Assembly (NCBI GenBank): GCA_964463405.1
Contig: CAYXCX010000001.1
Location: 1-29,419, forward strand
Origin: an uncultured Clostridia bacterium
GTDB taxonomy: Bacteria > Acidobacteriota > Aminicenantia > UBA2199
Length of the DNA stretch: 29,419 nt
Direction of reading: 5' to 3'
Part shown: one piece after another, positions 16,058 to 23,982 of the stretch
Layout of the letters: the number at the start of each line of letters is the position of its first letter
Numbering within the stretch: position 1 is the first letter of the stretch
Notes under the pieces: generated by a model
The model's input: the letters and a program-made list of their open reading frames with translations, nothing else
What the model was told of the DNA's origin: nothing
Database searches by the model: none
Translations under genes and position numbers: made by a program

Positions 16058-17504
16058 GCTGAGTATCCTCCAGTAAGATATTTTTATACAATTGCAAGTA
16101 GGCGGGAACAACCCGTTCCCAGGAAAAATCCTTTGCCATGCCGTTTTCCTGGACCTTGCGCCACCGGCGCCGATCAGCGAACAACTCCAGGGCGGAGCGC
16201 ATGGCGGCCAGGGGGGCGTCAACGCCGTTGCCCTGGAACTTGAACCCCGTCCCTTTCCCGCTGGCCGGGTCGAAGGCCTCCACCGAATCATCAAGGCCTC
16301 CGGTGGCGCGCACGACCGGGACCGTGCCGTAGCGCAGGGCATAAATCTGGTTCAAGCCGCACGGCTCGTAGTGGGAAGGCATGAAGAGGAGATCTCCGGC
16401 GGCCTGCAGCCGGTGGGCCATCCTTTCGTCGAAGCCGTTCAGGAACCTCATCCGCTCGGGGAAGCGCCCGGCCAGCGCCGAAATCTCGCCGGTCAGCAAG
16501 CGGTCGCCCGTCCCCAGCAGGACAAAAAAGACTCCCTCCTGGAACAGGGCGGGAAGAAGCCGCGGCAGCAGGTCCACCCCCTTCTGCTGCGAGATCCGCG
16601 AGATCATGACCACCAGGGGGGAATTGGGCTCGCCGGCAAACTCAAGCTCGCTGAAAAGCGATTCCTTGTTCGCGGTTTTATCGGCCAGCGAGGCCGAAGA
16701 ATACTTGCGGGCGATGAACGGATCGTGGATCGGGTCCCACTGGCCGTAATCGACGCCATTGAGGATTCCGCTCAGCTTGGGGGAAAATTTGGCCAGCAGC
16801 CCATCCAGTCCGAACCCCTGCTCCGGGGCGACGATCTCCCGGGCATAGGTCGGGCTGACGGTGAGCAGCCGGTCGCAAAAGATGATGCCGGCCTTGAGGC
16901 AGTTCAGGTCGCCGTAGAACTCAAGGTATTCGGGAGAAAACAGGTGGCTGGGAAGGCCTGTTTCGGTGAAGGCGGCCGCGGGGAATATCCCCTGGAAGCC
17001 GAGGTTGTGAATGGTGAAGACCGATCGCGACCTGGCGAAATGCCCGGCATAGCCTTCGCTCCTGGCCAGAAGCGGAATGAAAGCCGTTTGCCAGTCGTTG
17101 CAATGGAGGATATCGGCCTGCAGGCCGCTGCGGCTGGCGTATTCCAGGGCCGCTTTTTGAAAAAACAGGAAGCGGGCGAAGTTGTCGGGATAATCCCCGG
17201 AGTCGTCGCCGTACAGGCCGCTGCGGCCGAAAAAATGCTCGTTGTGGATGAAGCAGGCGGAAAACCGGGGCGAAACAGCGAATTTTCTCACGACCGCCGC
17301 GTAGGTCCGGGTCCCCACAGGCAGGGTGAACTCGTCGACAACCGCGGCCTGGGAGAGGCGGATGGCCTCGGTCTTGTATCCGGGCATCAGCAGCACGACC
17401 GTTTCGCTTGCGGCCAGGGCGCGCGGCAGTGATCCAGCCACGTCTCCCAGGCCGCCGGTCTTGGCAAACGGCACCGCCTCGGAAGACATATACAGGATCG
17501 TCAC
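16050..17504 (-). CDS. glgA: Glycogen synthase (ADP-glucose, GT5)
   Basis: GTG start with GGAGGGG SD; SEAVPFAKTGGLGDV, HCNDWQ, FTIHNL, GILNG.DY, SRISQQKG and PSHYEPCGLNQ...GGLDDSV motifs. Confidence 0.96.
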   Translation of the reverse strand: MTILYMSSEAVPFAKTGGLGDVAGSLPRALAASETVVLLMPGYKTEAIRLSQAAVVDEFTLPVGTRTYAAVVRKFAVSPRFSACFIHNEHFFGRSGLYGDDSGDYPDNFARFLFFQKAALEYASRSGLQADILHCNDWQTAFIPLLARSEGYAGHFARSRSVFTIHNLGFQGIFPAAAFTETGLPSHLFSPEYLEFYGDLNCLKAGIIFCDRLLTVSPTYAREIVAPEQGFGLDGLLAKFSPKLSGILNGVDYGQWDPIHDPFIARKYSSASLADKTANKESLFSELEFAGEPNSPLVVMISRISQQKGVDLLPRLLPALFQEGVFFVLLGTGDRLLTGEISALAGRFPERMRFLNGFDERMAHRLQAAGDLLFMPSHYEPCGLNQIYALRYGTVPVVRATGGLDDSVEAFDPASGKGTGFKFQGNGVDAPLAAMRSALELFADRRRWRKVQENGMAKDFSWERVVPAYLQLYKNILLEDTQHV

Positions 17505-17546
17505 GGCTGTCCCCTCCAACTCCTCATTTATGACCGGCAACTGTGC

Positions 17547-17574
17547 ATATTACCTGAAAAACGCTAAATGTCAA
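17547..17574 (-). promoter_or_regulatory. Sigma70-type promoter for glgA (TTGACA-N16-TAATAT)
   Basis: Perfect TTGACA at 17574-17569 and TAATAT at 17552-17547 in an AT-rich gap. Confidence 0.65.
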
Positions 17575-17588
17575 TATTGTTTTTTTTT

Positions 17589-17621
17589 AAACACAAAATA
17601 TAGCGTGGGAGAGAACGCTAT
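17589..17621 (-). terminator. Putative intrinsic terminator after the J-domain gene
   Basis: 7-bp stem ATAGCGT/ACGCTAT (17600-17621) followed by ATTTTGTGTTT on the minus strand; overlaps the stop codon. Confidence 0.55.
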
Positions 17622-19054
17622 TTTTTCTTGCTGAACATGGAAAAAACCGACGATTTCTTGTCGCCGCCCAGCATTTCGGCCAGCCGTTTCCTGGCCAGCT
17701 CATGCTCGGGATCTATGGCCAGCGCCTTGCGGAAGAAGTTCTCGGCGCGCTTATCCATTTTTTCAGACTGGAACAACAATCCCAGGGCGGCATAGGGCTC
17801 GGCGTTCCACGGCTCCATTTCGACGACCTTCTGGAAGCTCTTCTCGGCCAGGCGCCGCAGATTGGGGATGTTGGACTGGGCCAGGCCGAGAAGGAGAAAA
17901 TAGGCGGCCTTGCTGGCGTCGTTGCGGATTGACTCCTCCATCAGGCTGGCCGCCTCCCTGAACCGCTGCTGGTTGTAGAGGGTCTTTGCCTTGCGGTAAT
18001 AAAGATTCGCCTTTTCCGTCAGGTTTTCGCTCGATTTTTCGTCTTTCTGGATCTCCTTGTACCCTTTCATGTCGTATTCCCGCCGCTTTTCCTCGTTGCC
18101 AAGAACTTCAAAGGCCTTGTTGATCTTGGCGAAGACGAAATTGGCCTTTTCCCGCAGTTCGGGAGTCGCGCCCTCGCCCATGCGGTCGGGATGGTATTTT
18201 TTCGCGAAACGGAAATAAATCTCCTTGATCTCGTTGAAGGTCGCGCTGTTGGTCAGCCCGAACAGCTCATAATAATCGAGATCCCTGGCTTTCATGCTTT
18301 CGTGCAGGGCCAGGAGCTCCTCTTGATCCTTGCTGGGAGGCTGCGCGGATTCTGCCGCCGGCAGGGAGAAATCCACGATGCCCAGCAGGAAGAACAGGGC
18401 CAGCTTCGGCCACAGGAGTTCGTCGGCGAGGCCCATGTCCTTGGCGGCCGCCTCGGCCGCCATTCCGCTCCGCGAGCTCAGCTCCTTGTACAGCGCCAGC
18501 TCCTCCTGCTTGAGGAAGCTGCCGACCTCTTCCGAGATGGGCCTGAATCCCAGCCGCCGCTTGGAGAAGCTGTTGCGAAAAAGGGGCAGGCTCTTGAAGC
18601 GCGGCACGCCCTCGCTGAAGATCGTCGGCAGCTCGATCTGGAAGCGCGAATCTTCGGGGATCTCTGGGAGGGCGGCGGAAAACTCCCACTCGCCGCTGGT
18701 CAGGGAAAACGTGGAGAGGGCGATCAGGCGCACTTGGTGGATCAGCCCGAAGAACAGGTCCTTCTGGCTGATGACCTGGTTGTTCACCAGGATTCGGCCG
18801 ATTCGCTCCTTCTGTCCCGAGATCAGCTTATGAATGTTCCAAAACTGGGTCTTGTCTATCTTGCCGACCTTGAACAGCACTTCGCCCAGTCGCTCATGCA
18901 GGACGTTGGTGGTGGCGTAGCAAAGGTGGCCCTGCGTGAAGCACAGGCTCTTTTCAAAGTTCTCGCCGCGGACCGCCAGTTCGCCCGTGATCTTCTCGAT
19001 AAAGACCTTGCGCAGCACGAACGGCACGGGCGACTCAATGACGCGCTTTCCCAT
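17618..19054 (-). CDS. DUF4388 (PatA-N-like) - DnaJ J-domain - TPR protein
   Basis: N-terminal TGEL.V...KSLCF..G.L.YA.TN...ERLGEVL pattern; J-domain DYYELFGL...AKKYHPDR with an intact HPD; C-terminal TPR helices (A..YFLLGLA, EPYAALG). Confidence 0.82.
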   Translation of the reverse strand: MGKRVIESPVPFVLRKVFIEKITGELAVRGENFEKSLCFTQGHLCYATTNVLHERLGEVLFKVGKIDKTQFWNIHKLISGQKERIGRILVNNQVISQKDLFFGLIHQVRLIALSTFSLTSGEWEFSAALPEIPEDSRFQIELPTIFSEGVPRFKSLPLFRNSFSKRRLGFRPISEEVGSFLKQEELALYKELSSRSGMAAEAAAKDMGLADELLWPKLALFFLLGIVDFSLPAAESAQPPSKDQEELLALHESMKARDLDYYELFGLTNSATFNEIKEIYFRFAKKYHPDRMGEGATPELREKANFVFAKINKAFEVLGNEEKRREYDMKGYKEIQKDEKSSENLTEKANLYYRKAKTLYNQQRFREAASLMEESIRNDASKAAYFLLLGLAQSNIPNLRRLAEKSFQKVVEMEPWNAEPYAALGLLFQSEKMDKRAENFFRKALAIDPEHELARKRLAEMLGGDKKSSVFSMFSKKK

Positions 19055-19080
19055 CTGGTTCCCTTTGTCTCTTGGCCATG

Positions 19081-19109
19081 GTTTTACATCATCGGCGCCG
19101 GCTTGTCAA
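19081..19109 (-). promoter_or_regulatory. Internal sigma70-type promoter for the J-domain gene (TTGACA-N17-TAAAAC)
   Basis: Perfect TTGACA at 19109-19104 inside the 3' end of the radical SAM gene; the -10 at 19086-19081 lacks the final T. Confidence 0.45.
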
Positions 19110-20007
19110 TGCCGAGCCGCCAGCCCTGGTTATGGCCCTGCTGCCGCAGGCGGCAGCGGATGGCCTCGAGCACCTCGGCCTTGCGCTGCGCCCAGAGCGG
19201 GGCGACATACAGGTCTCCTTCGCGGTCGGCCGTGAGACGGTGGACCGCGATGGCGGGGTCCAGGCGCTCCAGAAGGTCGCAAGCGATTTCGACGTACTCG
19301 TCCCGCTCCAGTAGGGGCAGCCGGCCCGCGGCGTGCAGCCGTTCGAGCTCGGTGCCGCGCAGCACGTGCAGCGGATGAAGCTTGATGCCGGCCGGCTGCA
19401 GCCGGTTCAGCGCCGCAATGGTGGCCCGCATATCGTCGCGCGTCTCGCCGGGAATGCCGACGATGAGGTGGACGACCACGTCGATGCCCTGCCGGCGCAA
19501 GGCGGCGAATCCCTCCAGGAAGCTGGCGTAGGTGTGGCGCCTGCGCAGCCAGGCCAGGCTGCGTTCGTGCACCGACTGCAGCCCGAGCTCCACGCACAGG
19601 TAGATGCGCCGGCCCGTCTCGGCCAGCAGGGCCAGCACCGGGCCGGGCAGGGCGTCGGGACGGGTGCCGACGAAAAGTCCCGCGATTTCGGGATAGCGGA
19701 ACACGACCTCGTATTTGCGCCGCAGCTCGGCCAGCGGGCCGTGGGTATTGCAATGGGCCTGGTAATAGGCGAGAAAGCGCCTGCCGGGAAAGCGGGCGAT
19801 GCGTTCCTCGATCTGGCTCTCAATGGAGCGGCCCCTGGCGGCCGCGGGGCCGGCGCCGTACGGGTCGCAGAAGATGCAGCCGTCTCCGGCCAGCGTGCCG
19901 TCGCGGTTGGGGCAGGACAGCCCGGCGTCAATGGCGATCTTGCGCAGCGGGCCGCCGGGCAGGCGGCGCCTCAGGAAGGAAGCGAACGAGTGGAAGGGCT
20001 CATCCAT
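19084..20007 (-). CDS. TIGR01212/YhcC-family radical SAM protein
   Basis: Start MDEPFHSF overlaps the receiver-gene stop. CPNRDGTLAGDGCIFC cluster motif; YYQAHCNT, GTRPDAL, ELGLQS, H.IVG.PGE, GIKLHPLH and HRLTAD motifs. Confidence 0.9.
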   Translation of the reverse strand: MDEPFHSFASFLRRRLPGGPLRKIAIDAGLSCPNRDGTLAGDGCIFCDPYGAGPAAARGRSIESQIEERIARFPGRRFLAYYQAHCNTHGPLAELRRKYEVVFRYPEIAGLFVGTRPDALPGPVLALLAETGRRIYLCVELGLQSVHERSLAWLRRRHTYASFLEGFAALRRQGIDVVVHLIVGIPGETRDDMRATIAALNRLQPAGIKLHPLHVLRGTELERLHAAGRLPLLERDEYVEIACDLLERLDPAIAVHRLTADREGDLYVAPLWAQRKAEVLEAIRCRLRQQGHNQGWRLGIDKPAPMM

Positions 20008-20368
20008 TGAGGATGGCGCGGACGCAGGCCAGGACTCCCTCAAGGTCCAGCGGCTTTTCGAAATAGCCGTCGATGAACACGTCGCCGACCTGCCCGGCCA
20101 CCTCTTCCTTGCGGTAGACCCCCGACATGGCGATGATCGGCAGGAAGAACTGGTCCTTGATGGCCTGCATCACCTCGATTCCGTGCTCCTTGGGCAGCAG
20201 CAGGTCGGTGATGACCAGATCGGGGCGGCGCTCTCCGGCTAACTGCAACGCCTGCTGCCCGTCCTCGGCAACCAGCACGGCATAGCCTTTGCCCTCCAGG
20301 AACTCCTGCAGCATCTGGCGGATTTCTTTCTCGTCGTCAACGATCAGGATGGTTTGCTTGCTTGCCAT
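20000..20368 (-). CDS. Single-domain response regulator (receiver)
   Basis: ILIVDDE, PDLVITDLLLP (phosphoacceptor Asp), AMSG (Ser switch) and FEKP; 122 aa with no output domain. Confidence 0.92.
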   Translation of the reverse strand: MASKQTILIVDDEKEIRQMLQEFLEGKGYAVLVAEDGQQALQLAGERRPDLVITDLLLPKEHGIEVMQAIKDQFFLPIIAMSGVYRKEEVAGQVGDVFIDGYFEKPLDLEGVLACVRAILNG

Positions 20369-20909
20369 TTTTCTCCCGCACGTAAACCAAAAAATAAGAC
20401 AGCCAGGACCAGAGCAGGAATGAGAAGGTCAGGGCGATCAGGAACTGCTTGACGGCGACCAGCTCGATCCGTTCATGCAGATCCACGATGAAGACGAAGA
20501 TCAACAGGCTCAACAGGGCGAAGGTGATCTTGCCCACCACCAGCGAGGGCTTGACGATGCGCTTGCCGCGGTAGAGCAGGATGCTTGCCCACAGGATCAG
20601 GAGATCGCGCAGGATGATGAACGCCGCCAGCCAAAGGGGAAAACCGAAGCGGGCCGTCAACGTGATCAGGATCGCCAGGACCAGGACCTTGTCGGCCAGG
20701 GGGTCGATGATCCTGCCCAGCTCGGTTTCCTGGGAGAACTTCCTGGCGAAATACCCGTCCAGGAAATCGAGGGAAACGGTGAAGACGTAGGTGAACAGCA
20801 GGCAGGGAAACAGAGAGTCGCTGACATGGAGCATCATCACGACGATGAGCGGGATCATCAGCAGGCGCAGCAGGCTGAGGACATTGGGCAGCGTGAAGAC
20901 CTTCGCCAT
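20337..20909 (-). CDS. CDP-alcohol phosphatidyltransferase (PgsA/cardiolipin-synthase type)
   Basis: TLPNVLSLLR and the signature DFLDGYFARKFSQETELGRIIDPLADK; multi-TM. Start at 20909 or 20921. Confidence 0.9.
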   Translation of the reverse strand: MAKVFTLPNVLSLLRLLMIPLIVVMMLHVSDSLFPCLLFTYVFTVSLDFLDGYFARKFSQETELGRIIDPLADKVLVLAILITLTARFGFPLWLAAFIILRDLLILWASILLYRGKRIVKPSLVVGKITFALLSLLIFVFIVDLHERIELVAVKQFLIALTFSFLLWSWLSYFLVYVREKNGKQANHPDR

Positions 20910-20916
20910 GGATTCA

Positions 20917-20945
20917 TTCATAACCCAACGGCGGGGAAAAATCAA
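20917..20945 (-). promoter_or_regulatory. Possible sigma70 promoter (TTGATT-N17-TATGAA)
   Basis: Same GTTGATTTTTC -35 context as the nfeD promoter; imperfect -10; ATG 20909 lies 7 nt downstream. Confidence 0.35.
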
Positions 20946-20948
20946 CGG

Positions 20949-22205
20949 TCAACCGCCGGCGCTGACCTTCACGTCGCCATAGACGTTGCGCACGCGGATT
21001 TCAGGCTTGCCCCCGTCGCGGTTGGCGAACGACTCCTCCTTTTCCTCGTAGCTCTCCAAGCCCAGGCCCGGCGGGACGCGGATGCGGCCGTGGACCGCCT
21101 GAATGCTGAACGTCGGATCGACCAGGGCCGCGAAGGACAGGTCAAGGTCGGCGTGGCTGCCGCTGATGTTGACCCGCTCGTCAATCCGGTCGGCCAGCAG
21201 GGCCAGCCTGCCGTTTTTCAGCGCCACGTCGAGGCTGGCGCCGGCAAAGCCGGAAATGGCCACGTCGGCGTAGGAATTCTCGACCATTACCGCACGGGCG
21301 GACAGGCGGCGCAGCTCGATGCGCCCCGAGCGGCAGGAAACGCTCACGTCTCCGGCGGCGTCTTCCAGGATGACCGGCGCATAGTGGCTGGTCACCACGG
21401 CTCCGGCGCCAAGGTGGGCGGCCCGGATTTGCCCATGCCGCGCCTTGGCTTCCAGCCGCTCGGCGCCGTCCAGCTCCAGCTTGCCGTAGGCCAACTCGAC
21501 GGCGGCGCGGCCGGCGACGCCGCGGACGACGAAGTCGCTGTGCCGGCCGTCGAGCCGGACGGCCGCGACGTCCTGCACGAAAACCTTAGCCCGCATGGCT
21601 CGGATTTCGGCTTCGCCGGCCACCCCCTTGATCCGGGCTGTGCCGTTGCTCAGCCGCAGCCTGGCACCGGCAGAAGCGTTCTCCAGCACCAGGTCGCCGT
21701 TTTTCAGCTCGACCTCCAGGGCCCCGCCCGCGTCGCGCAGGATGACGTCCCCCTCCTGGTTGGCGACGGCCAGGGGGATGCCGGGGGGAACCTCCAACCG
21801 CAGCAGGACGCGCAGGCGCCGGTAGGGAAACGGCGAGGGCGCCCCGACCGACACCTGCAAGGTGCCGTCGACCATCCGCCCCTGCGCCTGGACCTCAGGC
21901 TCCAGGCGAGCCGGGGCCTCCTTTCCCGCATGGTAGACGCGAACCCAGGAGGATAAGTGCACTTGGCCGTCGGCGGACGCGCCGACCAGGACTTCACCGG
22001 CGGGGTTGACGACGGCGATGCGGCTCACCCCGGAAAAGCCTTGCTGGAGACCGGGAAACTCGCTGAACCGGGTCCCCTGCGGCCGCCGGTCGCCGGCATA
22101 AAAGGAGAAATCCCTGGCCATGCGCTCCCGCCCCTTTTCCACCGCCTGATAGAGAAGGCCGAAGGCGATCAGGGCCAGGACCAGGAAAATTTCCTTGCGT
22201 TTCAT
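20949..22205 (-). CDS. DUF4097-like (toast-rack/LiaG-YvlB-like) membrane-anchored protein
   Basis: N-terminal TM (IFLVLALIAFGLLY) and repeated short beta motifs (NPAGEV, NQEGDV, KNGDL, SNGTA, AYGKL, RHGQI, RSGRI, NVYGDV); ATGA overlap with the upstream gene. Confidence 0.8.
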   Translation of the reverse strand: MKRKEIFLVLALIAFGLLYQAVEKGRERMARDFSFYAGDRRPQGTRFSEFPGLQQGFSGVSRIAVVNPAGEVLVGASADGQVHLSSWVRVYHAGKEAPARLEPEVQAQGRMVDGTLQVSVGAPSPFPYRRLRVLLRLEVPPGIPLAVANQEGDVILRDAGGALEVELKNGDLVLENASAGARLRLSNGTARIKGVAGEAEIRAMRAKVFVQDVAAVRLDGRHSDFVVRGVAGRAAVELAYGKLELDGAERLEAKARHGQIRAAHLGAGAVVTSHYAPVILEDAAGDVSVSCRSGRIELRRLSARAVMVENSYADVAISGFAGASLDVALKNGRLALLADRIDERVNISGSHADLDLSFAALVDPTFSIQAVHGRIRVPPGLGLESYEEKEESFANRDGGKPEIRVRNVYGDVKVSAGG

Positions 22206-22387
22206 GATTTCTTCTTGGCGAATAGATAGATGTTCTTCAGGCCGATGAAGATCAGGATCATGGGCCAATACTTGCCCAGCAGCCGCCAGACATTGACCTC
22301 CAGCCCGAAATTCTTCAGCAGGAAGAGCATGCCCAGCGCCAGAATGATCAAGCCCCAGGCCAGGGATTCCTTTTTATTGCTTGCCAT
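22202..22387 (-). CDS. Small LiaI/LiaF-like TM protein (DUF5668)
   Basis: 61 aa, two TMs, WGLIILALGMLFLL...YWPMILIFIG pattern; overlaps both neighbours. Confidence 0.8.
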   Translation of the reverse strand: MASNKKESLAWGLIILALGMLFLLKNFGLEVNVWRLLGKYWPMILIFIGLKNIYLFAKKKS

Positions 22388-22856
22388 GGCCGCCCTCCTC
22401 GCGTTTGTAATAGTCGAAAACGATCTTGATCCCGAAGGCGATGAGCGCCAGGGGCCAGAGCCGCGTGACCTGGCGGAACGAAAACAGGCCGAAGTTGACC
22501 AGTTGGAAAAGAACCCCGATCACCAGCACGGCCACGGCCGAGAACAGGGAGAGTTCCTCCCCTGGCGCCGGCGATTTCTCGGCCTGCCCCGCCCGGTTCA
22601 GGGCGTTGGCCTCGTTGTAGCTGTCGATGATCTGGTAGATGTAGAAGCCGGCGATCATAAGCCCAAACACGGCCGAATCGGCGCCATCGGCATTGCTGGT
22701 CAGGACGATCAGGACGGCGAAAACCAGCATGAAAGTGAGCCCCTTGACAAAATTGCCGTTGTAGACGGCTCCCATTCCAGGAAAGATCGCCAGAAACGCG
22801 GCCAAAGAGGAGTTTTTCTCCCGCGGCCCCCTGCTGGATTCGGTGCTGCTAGCCAT
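22374..22856 (-). CDS. TM2-like + LiaF-like (DUF5668) membrane protein
   Basis: AAGGAGG SD before ATG 22856; AFLAIFPGMGAVYNG...KG TM2-like motif; C-terminal LWPLALIAFG. Confidence 0.75.
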   Translation of the reverse strand: MASSTESSRGPREKNSSLAAFLAIFPGMGAVYNGNFVKGLTFMLVFAVLIVLTSNADGADSAVFGLMIAGFYIYQIIDSYNEANALNRAGQAEKSPAPGEELSLFSAVAVLVIGVLFQLVNFGLFSFRQVTRLWPLALIAFGIKIVFDYYKREEGGHGKQ

Positions 22857-23382
22857 TTCTTCCTCCTTGGTCAAAACCGTCGCTTTTCCACTTCTCTTCC
22901 TGGTCGTTTTCCTGAATTTGCAGCGATTTTTTTCCGAAAAAAGTGAAAAATATCAATTCTTTCGATTCCTTGAATTGCTCCAGCCAGCCGCCGGTCCTGA
23001 CCGCGAATCGTTCGACCGACGAGACCAGCGAATGCATCTGGCGGTTGGCGGCCGGGAAGACATTGGTGAAATAGAACAAATTCAGGAACAGCACCACCGT
23101 GCCGACCGCCGCCGCCAGCCAGGAGGGGAAATAGCGGCGCCGGGCCGCGACTTCTTTCTCGACGGCATCCGGGATGTTGTATAGGCGGTTCTTGAGAAAG
23201 AACGGCACCTCCTCCTGAAGCTCGGCGAGGCTGCCGAGAAGATCCTCCATCCTTTCTTTTTTCGCCTGGCAGGCAGCGCAGCCGCGCAGATGCGTTTCGA
23301 GGTCGGCGGCGGCGTCCCCGGGCAGCTCGTTTTCCAGATAGGCCGAGAGCCGGGACTCGAATTCCCTGCACTTGCTGCTCAT
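22849..23382 (-). CDS. Zinc-binding anti-sigma factor (zf-HC2/ZAS) with TM
   Basis: CREFESRLSAYL...HLRGCAAC (HxxxCxxC), followed by a TM segment; directly downstream of the ECF sigma. Confidence 0.9.
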   Translation of the reverse strand: MSSKCREFESRLSAYLENELPGDAAADLETHLRGCAACQAKKERMEDLLGSLAELQEEVPFFLKNRLYNIPDAVEKEVAARRRYFPSWLAAAVGTVVLFLNLFYFTNVFPAANRQMHSLVSSVERFAVRTGGWLEQFKESKELIFFTFFGKKSLQIQENDQEEKWKSDGFDQGGRNG

Positions 23383-23918
23383 GTCCCCTCCCGCAAGTAC
23401 GATTCAGCCAGCTTCAGCCGGGCGCGGTTGATCCGCGACTTGACCGTCCCTTCGGGGATCGAGAATTTCTCGGCGATCTCCTGGTAGGACATGTCGTTGA
23501 TGTCGCGCATGATGAGGATGACCCGCAAATCGGGGTCCAGTTTGGCGATTTTTTTCCTCAGCAGTTCAAATTCCGACTCCCTGGCCAGCTTCTCCTCTGG
23601 AGTTGGCGCGCCGCTGCCGATATTTTCATCCAATTCCTGGGAATTTTCCAGGTGTTTACGGTTTTTTCGCCAATAATCGATGCAATAATTGCGCGAAACC
23701 GCGAAAACCCAGGAGGTAAAACTCTTCTCCTCCTTGAATTTGTCCAGATTGTGGTAGAGTTTGATGAAGATCTCCTGGGTGACGTCAGAAGCGATGTCCC
23801 GCTCGGCAAAGAAGTTCAGCGCGATGTTGTAGACCGACTTGGAATAGGCGTTAATCAGCATGTTCCACGCCTCCCTGTCGTTCTCGCGGCACCGGGACAA
23901 GACATCGGTTATTTCCAT
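23379..23918 (-). CDS. ECF sigma factor (SigW/RpoE-like)
   Basis: Region 2 (ASDVTQEIFIKLY, FTSW...SRNYCIDYWRK) and region 4 (MSYQEIAE...GTVKSRINRARLKL). Confidence 0.94.
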   Translation of the reverse strand: MEITDVLSRCRENDREAWNMLINAYSKSVYNIALNFFAERDIASDVTQEIFIKLYHNLDKFKEEKSFTSWVFAVSRNYCIDYWRKNRKHLENSQELDENIGSGAPTPEEKLARESEFELLRKKIAKLDPDLRVILIMRDINDMSYQEIAEKFSIPEGTVKSRINRARLKLAESYLREGT

Positions 23919-23927
23919 ACACACCAA

Positions 23928-23954
23928 TAAACGGCGGCCGCCGGGAAAAGTTCC
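23928..23954 (-). promoter_or_regulatory. ECF-type autoregulatory promoter (GGAAC-N16-CGTT)
   Basis: Minus strand GGAACT at 23954-23949 and CGTTTA at 23933-23928, giving AAC-N16-CGT spacing as in the B. subtilis SigW consensus. Confidence 0.65.
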
Positions 23955-23982
23955 CCGCCAGCAGCTCCCCTGGCCGCCCGCG

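Noticed and set aside
16058-16110. Internal promoter for trxA in an AT-rich patch
   Set aside because: The patch is the glgA coding end (YLQLYKNIL), and the TTGCAA there has no -10 at proper spacing.
17550-23950. Horizontal island suggested by locally lower GC in the J-domain, anti-sigma and sigma genes
   Set aside because: There is no integrase, tRNA or boundary repeat, and the genes overlap seamlessly with neighbours. Lys/Glu/Phe-rich protein composition explains the shift.
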